64,000 nucleotides of DNA, from positions 40,240,001 to 40,304,000 of the forward strand of contig NC_086108.1 in NCBI RefSeq assembly GCF_963921235.1. The letters are read 5' to 3'. The stretch is from Mobula hypostoma. Lineage: Eukaryota. The notes under the pieces are model-generated. The model was not told the origin of the DNA. It did not search any database and was given only the letters and a program-made list of their open reading frames with translations. Positions 50,102 through 60,600 of the stretch are shown here, in pieces (position 1 is the first letter of the stretch; each line of letters starts with the position of its first letter). A program made the position numbers and the translations under genes.

Positions 50102-50412
50102 TATAGGCATCCGTTAGTCTCAAGAGACCATGGATTTGCGCCTTGGAAGGTTTCCAGGGCGCAGGCCTGGGCAAGGTTGTATGGAAGACCGGCAGTTGCC
50201 CATGCTGCAAGTCTCCCCTCTCCACACCACCAATGTTGTCCAAGGGAGGGGCATCAGGACCCATACAGCTTGGCACCGGTGTCGTCGCAGAGCAATGTGT
50301 GGTTAAGTGCCTTGCTCAAGGACGTGCACGCTGCCTCAGCCAAGGCTCAAACTAGCGACCTTCAAATCACAAGACGAACGCCTTAACCACTTGGCCACGC
50401 GCCAACACATGT
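50102..50412 (-). mobile_element. Young tRNA-derived SINE with a CORE-like middle and an RTE-like tail
   Basis: Minus strand: A-box TGGCCAAGTGG, B-box GTTTGAGCC, 'gtccttgagcaaggcacttaacc', 3' end 'aatccatggtctcttgagactaacggatgcc'. TSD aagggatatta(t/c)ag at 50088-50101 / 50413-50426. Confidence 0.82.
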
Positions 50413-50653
50413 AAGGGATATTACAGATCTTAATAAAGGAGGAATGAGTTGTCTGGACAACAGGAGTGAGGACCGGGTGTCAGGAGGGGAATCAAGGATT
50501 ATGGGGAGAAACAGGAAAGTGGGCCGGATCAGCCGCAGCCTTATTGAATAGTTGAGCAGGCAGGATGGGTCAGGTGCTGAGTGACCTGATCATTTCTACT
50601 CACATTGACGTATTCGTCTTTATTTTCCAGTCTACACAGTTGGCACCATTGAG

Positions 50654-50792
50654 CAACACACACAAAAAATGCTGGTGAACGCAGCAGGCCAGGCAGCATA
50701 CCTCTTCCTATAGATGCTGCCTGGCCTGCTGCATTCACCAGCACTTTTTTGTGTGTGTTGCTTGAATTTCCAACATCTGCAGATTTCCTCGT
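50654..50792. mobile_element. Hairpin micro-insertion of Penelope-like pLTR ends
   Basis: Inverted arms of ~48 nt (50652-50699 and 50714-50762); 15-bp TSD gttggcacca(t/c)tgag at 50639-50653 / 50793-50807. Confidence 0.88.
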
Positions 50793-51999
50793 GTTGGCAC
50801 CACTGAGGTTGTCTGCATTTACATTTTGTTATTGTTACACTTGTGTAAGGTTAATGGAGACGTCAAACTGAACCCACTTGCAGCTCCATTTACCTGAGGA
50901 CTGTTCTCATATCTGTGCAGTACTCTTACTGCTCCTGCATGCTTTCCATAGTCCTGTGCATCATCTACTGGTGGAAAGTTAGTACTGCTTGTAGGTATCA
51001 ATAGAAATATTTCAGAAGCACTCACTGAGGGGAAAAATACAGAGTTCTTGCAAAGTTCTGCTTGCAGCTCAAGTAGGATATGACTTGATCTAACTATCTT
51101 ATCTCAGTGCTTTCTTCCTGAAGTTGTTCTCCAGCCATCCCTCCGCAACACAACTACATTGCTTACAGTCAGGAGGCCTTTTACTTTGCATCTGAATTCT
51201 GCATCTTAAATAAAGTTAGATTTTTCCACTATGTTGAGGTAATCTGCCACCGCTGGCGATAAGGATTCCCTGTTTGGAAAGGAAAAGCTGTCTGAGATAA
51301 TGCAACCATCTGCACAGATAGCTGGTGTTAGTGGGATCATGGGGTCAATGGAACCCCATTGTAAAATGAGGTTAACAACCCCAGGATCGCTGGTTGGAAG
51401 TATGAAATTGCTGTGAAGTTAATGTTGTAGCTAAGGAAAGTAGGAAATTTAATTTGAATCTGTTATACCTGGCAGTGTACTCCTTGAAGGAGAAAAAATG
51501 TTTCATTCTAAAGTACAACGGTAGGTCTGTTTGGCGATGTAGCAATGTTTTATTTCATATGCACAACCTATCACAGTTATTTCCTACATTTGCCTGTACC
51601 TGTGCCAGTAGTACCCAATTACAAACGCATCACTGTGGCAATTTACATGCAAATTTTGTTCTGGCACAATCCAAGGTTTGATGTTGCAACCAGATTCTTA
51701 TGATTTGTGGGTTAACAGCCCACTTTGGTCCTTTGTGATAATTATTGCATAAAATAAATAGTTTCCATTTGACGGGCACATAGCACATGCTACCTGGTTC
51801 TTGGGTAATGCAAAGAATGGGCTTTTGAGTGGTAATTAAGAGCATAATATACTGTTGCAGTACCACTCTATAATTACACAAATAGTAATTGAAAATAATG
51901 TTAGGAAAGTTGTAGTCATGAAGAATATTGTCTTTCAGGATTCCCATAGGATAGTAATGTTAAGAAAGCTAATTTTTCCACCAAATTTTGTATAAAATA

Positions 52000-52538
52000 C
52001 GCCCAGTGGCCACTTTATTAGGCACCTCCTGTACCTAATAAAGTGACAACTGAGTGTATGCTCAAGGTCTTCTGCTGCTGTAGCTCATCCATTTCAAGGT
52101 TTGACGTGTTGTATGTTCAGATATGCTCTTCAGTGCACCACAGTTGTAATGCATAGTTATTTGAGCTACTATTGTCTTCCTGTCAGCTTGAATCAGTCTG
52201 GCCATCCTCCCCTGATCTCTCTCTGAACAGGGTACTTTTAGCCACATAACTGCCTCTCACTGGATGTGCAACATTCTCTGTAATCTCTAGAGAATATTGT
52301 GCATGAAAATCCTAGAAGATCAGCTGTTCCTGGGATACTCAAACCACCCCATCTGGCACCAACAGTCATTCCACGGGCAACGTCATTTAGATCACATTTC
52401 TTCCCCATTATGAAGTTTGGTCTGAACAACATGTCAGTGTGGATTTATGCACTGATTTACTGCCAAATGTTGGACTGATTAGATATTTGCCTTAATGAGC
52501 AGGAATATATATGTACCTAATAAAGTGGCCACTGAGAA
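52000..52538 (-). mobile_element. Non-autonomous Tc1 derivative (HTH region only) with three TIR copies
   Basis: 'MGKKCDL..RGMTVGAR..GLSI..TADLLGFS' and 'RMARLIQADRK..AQIT..ISEHTTRQTLKWMSYSSRRP'. TIR cagtggccactttattagg occurs at both ends plus one internal copy, with TA flanks. Confidence 0.88.
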
Positions 52539-52959
52539 TAATTTCTGCTGTGTTATTGAATGTAAATAGTAGTCACTATTTTTTTACTGGCATATACCTG
52601 TGCTAGTTTGAATGCCAGGCCAAACTTCTAAACTCTATTGGCAATGCCTTATGCTGATGACTGGTGAAATCCAAAGCATCTATATGGGGTAAGAAGCATC
52701 TGTTGGTGTGAAAAGATGGGTAGATTTCAGGGCTTGTGATATTCTATGCAAATTTGATGATTGGGGAGGAGGTAAATAGGAGGGATAAAGTTAGATATGC
52801 AACATGTTATTCCAACTGGAACACAATCTTTTCTGTTTTCCTTGTGTATCACTGCTGAGTTGAAGCTGAGAAACCTGATCATGCAATGGTTTATTTGCAG
52901 CATTACTAGTCTGGAAATTGATATTTCACTAGGATGGATGCTCCATAGCAATTATTTAT

Positions 52960-53790
52960 AATGTTCCCCAGACCCACTCCTGAGCATTGACTGCTCTGAT
53001 AATCAATATTAAAGCCAGTGCCACTCTCAACCATCTAACTCTGGGGTCATTCCACAGGGCTGTAGCTGACCTGTGAATCTGCACCTTAAGAGTTTGTCAT
53101 TTACCAAATTGCTGAGATTATTGATACTATAGCTTCCAAGATATACAAGTTCATTTGTTTCTTTAGTACAGGAGGTATGGCAAAGACGTGTGTGGATTTG
53201 TGGGATTTTTCAGCTTGCCTGAGTTTAGGGCATCGTAGACTGCACTCACATAGTCACTGAAGCCTTTTGTTCAGAATATGAAACTCCTCACAGGTTATAA
53301 GGGCTTGAATGATCAGTTTGTGGCTGACCCAACATGGAATTTTCTCATGATCAATGAAAGCTATCCTGAAGCTCACATAACTCCTTAGAGGGCTCAGGTC
53401 CATAGATTTTCAGATGCAAGAACAAACCAACCCCTTCTATCACAATACAGGCTCTTGACTCAAAATATCAATTTCCTTTTGCCTCCACAAATACTGTTGC
53501 TTGATCCCATCAAATATCTCCAGCATTCTGCTTTTGGATTCATATTCCAGCATCTATAGTCTCGCGTGTTTCTCTTGCTATGACCTAACTTCTCAGCTCT
53601 ATGCATTTCCTCATTCCCGCACCTGAGAAAGGAACTTCATGTACAAGAGGCCTCATTAAAATGAGACTTTGCTACCCATACTACTCTAAGTTTCCCTTCA
53701 GTTCTGAGTAGATATGGACAACATTGTGCAATCTGCTATGTACTGAACAACTTGGTAAATAGACTGGAGGTGTCTGGTCTTATCTGAGGG
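52960..53790 (+). mobile_element. PIF/Harbinger transposase fossil, interrupted by an old pLTR fragment (~53435-53575)
   Basis: Manual translation gives motifs in HARBI1-family order: 'TALIINIKASATLNHLTLGSFHRAVADL' (52990-53073), 'GIVDCTHI' (53229-53252), 'YKGLNDQFVADP', 'NESYPEAH', 'GLIKMRLCY' and 'ICYVLNNLV'. Confidence 0.72.
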
Positions 53791-54399
53791 CTTCCAGCAA
53801 GAAGATGAGCAGCAGTAAACACAAGATGATCAGGCAAAGAAAAATAATGCAGATGAGAGCTGGACCATCTTCAACAATACCCACAGCATGTGCCACTGGC
53901 AGAATCAAATGCCATTGAACCCACCAAGGAGACCACTTCCAACAAGCTGTCTAATTAGCCACAAATTCTCATGATGTGCAAAGTACAATGACCACTCAAA
54001 GACATCAGGCACTATGACAGCTATCTCTGTGTTAATGCTAAGGGGCACTGGTCTCATCGCAAATAATATTTAGCATTCTCCAAAGTACTTAAAGATATTT
54101 TTGAAATTGCAGGTTTACTCTCTGAGCACCAGTTTGTAGCCTATAGTAGAAGAACTGAAATCATTTTGCTAGGTAGAGTGTGATAGACCCAAATGTTAGA
54201 GACATGTGGAAAGAATGTAAGTTGTTTCAATCAGACTCAAACTACAATGGATCCTTTTGTTTAAAATGTCAGGCAAGATTCATATTATCATAATGATTCT
54301 TAATTGTTGTTTTTAATGTTGAAAGAATCCATATTCTGATACCCACATACCATTTGCAGGATGCTTATCCCTTCGGACAATAGGCATTATAGAAATCAA

Positions 54400-55100
54400 A
54401 TGTTCAAATATAGTGGTTCTAGCATCATACAATCGCTTCCAAATATTGTCAGTCATACTGGACAAACAGTCCTGCAATCCTACTTTGTAGCTTTTGATAA
54501 TCTGGCATACATTTAAGAGGTTTTCAAACAATTGATTCAATAGCTCTTTTGCCAAGGGCAATTGCATTTGTAAACAGATAGCCAATGTGATCTGATGTAA
54601 TACCATTTTGATTTCTTTAGTAGGTTAAATGCAATGCGGAAGCATAATGGGCAAATATTGATCTCTTCAATCGAAGAGTATTTAACCCTGATGGGTGCAT
54701 GGGATCATTTAAGCTGAGAGCTAAGGTCCTCAGACATATTGAGACATTAGCCTTCTTATTCCCAAAAATAACTTGAATGCTACCACATAGATGTGGTCAC
54801 AGGAGCTTTGTGGGTAACAGATTAATCCTGTGCTCTTTGAAGCTGTATTTAAAGGCCAACTTTTATTGGATCCACTAATGCAGTTAATCTGCATACACTG
54901 ACCCCTGAACGCCTGACCATTCCCTGGAAATAAAGCCTAAACGATAGGACCATAATTGTAGTGAAATCATTGTGGTGATGAATGGATTTGGATCAGGTGA
55001 TTTCAAAACCATATTATTCCAAAGGGAAGGAGTGCTATGAAAAATATTGAGACCTTGCAATACGGTCCTTTTTTGAATAGTGTGCTATCTAGATTCTTGG
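54400..55100 (-). mobile_element. Possible very old L1/Tx1-type LINE remnant
   Basis: Only weak minus-strand resemblance to a 'KVSLYADD'-like region near 54730-54760. Confidence 0.2.
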
Positions 55101-56864
55101 TCCTTTCTTCTACAGCAACAATATATATCAGGACATTTTAACACTGAGATTGAATTCTTACGCAAGTTGTGAGCATCCATTGCTAATAGGTCAATCAGTG
55201 GGGGCAAAGGCAAAGGGTCCATGCCAATGCAGAAAAGCTTTGATTTTCTGTGAGTGTGGCTAAGTTTCTGCATCTTCCTGCAATGAGAAACAACTGTGTA
55301 AGTGGGCACTGAGTACATTTTCACTTTCATAGCTGAGTTTTAGCCTAGCCATTTATTATGAGGAATACAGTGGCTCAGAAGCCGAGTCTCAGCAGTTTTT
55401 TTTTACCATCGCCATGTCATAAGGGTTGAATTGGGTGCTTTAAGTTGCAATGTAACTGGATGTCTATTGAGTAGCCCCATCTATTTTCTCCAAAGTTTGT
55501 ATGATCTATAATAACTAAATGAAAAGTAAATGATTATGATTATGAAATGTCTTCCCTATAAGCTATATAAAGGAACCATTGAACATCTATGTAATAAACT
55601 CTAATGCCTTCTCATTGGTCTTGACTTCCCAGCTGGCCTGATGGTTCTACTGCTATGTTGCAGTATCTGCTGCCTGCTAACTGGGATGCAGCTCTCTCAC
55701 TATGGTGGGAGGGGCAGATATTTATGTTAAATATGCAAATGAACCCTTAACCTCGAAGAGCAGTCATTTACTGCTGAAATGTATTAGGAGTCACAGCTTG
55801 CAATCTGGCAAGGCTGGTTGTCATCTTTATCATCTTCAGTGCAACAAGGATCTCATCAGACCAGGAAACAGAAAATAGGTCAGATAGTATCTGTGGAGGA
55901 ATAAATAGAGGAAATGTTTCGGGCTGATGGAGCAACAGACAAAATGCTGGAGGATCTCAGTTTGATCAAATATGATCTCTGGATAGAAAAGAACAATAGA
56001 CAAGTTGTTGAATTTTCTTGAGATCTTCAGATCTTAAGGATATTTTAATGATGGATTTGCTCCATCATTAGAATAGCCTTTTTGATCTCAAATAGACACA
56101 TTCCACTAAAAGACAACACATGCAGAATTTGCCATGCTATTGTTTCCATCCCCACATTGCAAACACACCATATGGGTTTCCCCTCCACTCCTAAATCTCC
56201 ATGCTAGGGAGGAAGATTCCAAAGATGAAGAGCCCATGGCCGATATTGTGGCTGACAGACACTCCAAGTTATTGCTTGTATCCTTGCTAATCACCTGCTC
56301 AGATACGGACATTGTGAATACAGAACAGAGATTAGTGTGTCATAGTTCATAGGGGCTACCGGGTACGAGTGGGCTACAGTCCAGCAGGAGGTAAGGAAAA
56401 ATGAGTGGTATTGGATTTGTGACAGAATTTTGTACTTCAAGCACATGCAGCTTCTTGCTTTTCTGAAGATGCATGTATCTGCAAGACAAGTGCACAGAGT
56501 TTGCAATAATCTCCTGACACTAGCAGCCATTATACCAAGTGGGGAAACAACCCCTGTTCCTTGATAGCAGCACTGCGGTCCATGGGACACCCTCTCTCCC
56601 CACTGACTAGCAGTGGGCTGGTGCTGGAAATTGACATATTGCAGGCTCACAGACAGTAGAGCTCAGAGGGCTATCGCTGTGCCTCTCAACAAAGCAGAAA
56701 CCTGCTCGTTCATCCACGTCTTGATGGTACCCAGCATGGAAGTGTGTATCACCTCTAGGGTAGGAATAGCGTCCTGCACCACATTCTTTGAGATGCTAGA
56801 GATGGACTCCAACATTTCTCCCAGTCATCTTGTGCAATCGATCTCCTCCTCGCTCTGCTTCTCA

Positions 56865-56965
56865 GCATCCTGACAACAGGTCTCCAGCCTGAAATGTTAT
56901 CTATGATTCACTCTCCATGATGTTGTCTGACCCATTAGGTGCTTCCAACGTTTTCTGTTGGGTTT
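56865..56965 (+). mobile_element. Old Penelope-like pLTR fragment with a decayed hammerhead
   Basis: 'cctgacaacaggtctccagcctgaaatgttatct...gatgttgtctgacccattaggtgcttccaacgttttctg'; inverted partial pieces lie at ~55860-55960. Confidence 0.55.
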
Positions 56966-57226
56966 TTTTCAGGCAAATTGGATACTGTTCTTTGGCTCGA
57001 GGAGGTTAGAAAGAAAAAAGAGATGAGAAAAGTGTATTTTTATTAAGCAAAGCCTTAGTTGGATCCCACCTGGAATTCCATCTTCTTTGATCTACATCTT
57101 AGAAAAGATAAAACTTATTTTGGGTTAGTAAAATGGGTACAATTATGTGCCATCAGAAATTATGGTGCAGTGTGGTGTCAATGTCTGCAAACATAAGATT
57201 CTTGTGGAGTGCTGGAAATTCCACGA

Positions 57227-57356
57227 AAACCTCAGCTTTGGATGCATTTAATAGAGTTATAATTAGAGAATCACAGAGTTATATAGCATGGAAACCTCAG
57301 CTTTGGATGCATTTAATAGAGTTATAATTAGAGATTCACAGAGTTATATAGCATGG
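57227..57356. repeat. 65-bp tandem duplication (2 copies, 64/65 identical)
   Basis: aaacctcagctttggatgcatttaatagagttataattagaga(a/t)tcacagagttatatagcatgg occurs twice. Confidence 0.95.
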
Positions 57357-57640
57357 AATAGGCCCTTTGGCCTGACATGTCTGTGCTGAGCAAGTTGCCT
57401 GACTGAGCTCGTCCTAGTTCCCTGCATTGGCCCATATTCCCCCTAAACCTATTCTATCCATTTAACTGTGTCTATATTTAAAACAGTGCCCTTTTGAATA
57501 TCAAAAATTTATACCCTCTACCACTTCTTCTGGAGACTCATTCCATTTACTCACCACCCTTTGTGTCAAAAAAGGAGCACTTAGGAATTCCTTCCCTAAA
57601 TCCTTCACCTGTCTTTCCTTATTTAAGGAACTTCTTTGAT
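57330..57640 (-). mobile_element. CR1 3'-end fragment
   Basis: 'FLTQRVVSKWNESPEEVVE' followed by a CR1-type 3' UTR. Confidence 0.75.
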
Positions 57641-57659
57641 CAACCTTTGTGTTATTTAA

Positions 57660-60600
57660 ACACGAGAAAATCTGCTGATGCTGGAATTTCAGGCCAGGCG
57701 GCATCTATAGGAAGAGGTACAGTCAACGTTTTGGGCAGAAACCCTTCGTCAGGACGATCTGAAAGAAGAGATAGCAAAAGATTTGAAAGTGGGAGGGGGA
57801 GAGGGAGATCCGAAATGATAGAAGACAGGACGGGGAGGGATGGAGCTAAGAGCTGGAAAATTGATTGGCAAAAGGGATATGAGAGGATCATGGGACAGGA
57901 GGCCTAGGGAGAAAGAAAAGGGGGAGGGGGGAAGCCCAGAGGATGGGCAAGGAGTATAATGAGAGGGACAGAGGGAGAAAAAGGAGAGCGAGGAAAAAAA
58001 TTAATAACAATAAATAAATAAATGACGGATGGGGTACGAGGGGGAGGTGGGGCATTAATGGAAGTTAGAGAAGTCAATGTTCATGCCATCAGGTTGGAGG
58101 CTACCCAGACAGAATATAAGGTGGTGTTCCTCCAACATGAGTGTGGCTTCATCTTTACAGTAGAGGACGCCATGGGTAGACATATCAGAATGGGAATGGG
58201 ACATGGAATTAAAATGTGTGGCCACTGGGAGATCCTGCTTTCTCTGGCGGACAGAGCGTAGGTGTTCAGCGAAATGGTCTCCCAGTCTGCGTCGGATCTC
58301 GCCATTATATAAAAGGCCACATCGGGAGCACCGGACGCAGTATATCACCCCAGCCGACTCACAGGTGAAGTGTTGCATCACCTGGAAGGACTGTCTGGGG
58401 CCCGGAATGGTGGTAAGGGAGGAAGTGTAAGGGCATGTGTAGCACTTGTTCTGCTTACACGGATAAGTGCCAGGAGGGAGATCGGTGGGAAGGATGGGGG
58501 GGGGGGGGGACGAATGGACAAGGGAGTCATGTAGGGAGTGATCCCTGCAGAAAGTGGGGGGGGGGTCGGGTTGAGGGAAAGATGTGCTTAGCAGTGGGAT
58601 CCCATTGGAGGTGGCGGAACTCACAGAATTATATGTTGGACCCGAAGGCTGGTGGGGTGGTAGGTGAGGACAAGGGGAACCCTACTCCTAGTGGGGTAGT
58701 GGGAGGATGGGGTGAGAGCAGATGTGCATGAAATGGGAGAGATGCGTTTGAGAGCAGAGTTGATGGTGGAGGAAGGGAAGCCCCTTTCTTTAAAAAAGGA
58801 GGTCATCTCCTTCTTCCTGGAATGAAAGGCCTCATCCTGAGAGTAGATGCGATAGAGATGGAGGAATTGCGAGAAGTGGATGGCATTTTTGCAAGATACA
58901 GGGTGGGAAGAGGAATAGTCCAGATAGCTGTGAGAGTCCGTAGGCTTATAGTAGACATCAGTAGATAAGCTGTCTCCAGAGACAGAGACAGAAAGATCAA
59001 GAAAGGGGAGGGAGGCGTCGGAAATGGACTAGGTAAACTTGAAGGCAAGGTGAAAGTTGGAGGCAAAGTTAATGAAGTCAATGAGTTCAGCATGCGTGCA
59101 GGAAGCAGCACCAATGCAGTCGTTGATGTAGCAAAGGAAAAGTGGGGGACCGATACCAGTAGTATAGGCTTGGAACATGGATTGTTCCACAAAGCCAACA
59201 AAAAGGCAGGCATAGCTGGGACCCATACTGGTGCCCATGGCTACACCTTTAGTTTAGAGGAAGTGGGAGGAGCCAAAGGAGAAATTATCAAGAGTAAGGA
59301 CTAATTCGCTAGACGGAGCAGAGTGGTGGTAGACGGGAACGGGTTAGGTCTGGAATCCAAAAAGAAGCAGAGAGCTTTGAGACCTTCCTGGTGGGGGACA
59401 GAAGTATATAAGGACTGGACATCCATGGTGAAAATAAAGCAGTGGGGGCCAGAGAAAATCATCGAAAAATTTCAGAGCATGAGAAGTGTCACGAACATAG
59501 GTAGGAAGGGATTGAACAAGGGGTGATAAAACAGTGTCGAGGTGTGAGTTCGGTAGAGCAGGAGCAAGCTGAAACAATGGGTCTACCTAGACAGGCAGGT
59601 TTGTGTATCCTTGGGTAGGAGGTAGAAATGGGAAGTGTGGGGTGTGGGAACTATAAGGTTGGTAGCAGTGGATGGGAGATCCCCTGAGCGGATAAAGTCG
59701 GTAATGGTGTGGGAGACAATGGCCTGGGTCTCTCTAGTGGGGTCATGATCGAGGGGTAAATAAGAGGAGGTATCCGCAAGTTGTCGCTGTGCCTTGGCGA
59801 GGTTAAGGTCAGTAGGCCAGACTGCAACAGCACCCCCCTTCTCAGTGGGTTTTATAGTAGGTTAGGATTGGTGCTGAGGGAGTAGAGAGCAGAGTGTTCG
59901 GAAGGAGTGAGGTTGGAATGGGGACAAGGTGCGGTGAAGTCGAGACGGTTGATGTCCCGTCGGTAGTTAGCAATAAAGAGATCTAGAGCAGGCAGAAGAC
60001 CAGAGCGGGGTGTCCATGAAGAGGAGGAGGGTTGAAGATGGGAGAAGGGGTCATTGGTGGGGGTGGGAAAGTCCTTGCTGAAGAAGTAGGCTCGAAGATG
60101 GAGCCGGCGGAAGAAGAGTTCAGCGTCATGGCGAACACGGAACTCGTTGAGGTGTGGGCGAAGGGGGGACAAAGGTAAGGCCCTTACTGAGGACAGAGCG
60201 CTCCGCCTCAGAGAGTGGAAGGGCAGAGAGGATAGTAAAGATCCGGTGTGGATGAGAGCTGGGATCAGAGGGGGGAGGGGGAGGGAGGCTGGGGGTGTCA
60301 GTGGAAAGGGGAGGTTTGGGGTGAGAGGAAGATGGAGCCTCTGAAGTCCCAGGAGTTGATGATGGGATCTGAGGGAGACGGGGTTGCAGAGTAGTGCTGG
60401 GGGAAGGGGAGACGGGAGTCACAATAGCAGCACATAAAGACCCGGCCTGGAGTTCAAGGCTGGAGTCGCAGTTAGTGGTTGCGCAATCGCTGTGAAGGTG
60501 CCCATGGTCGTTGGAGGTGCTGGAGTCTGGGTTTTGAATATGCCCTGGGTTGCTGGAGCCAGCAAAATCAATGGCAGGGGGCGCAATCTGAAGTTCATGC

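Noticed and set aside
50335..50408. tRNA gene on the minus strand
   Set aside because: It is the tRNA-derived head of a SINE: it runs into CORE-like and tail sequence, is flanked by a TSD and lacks a proper acceptor stem.
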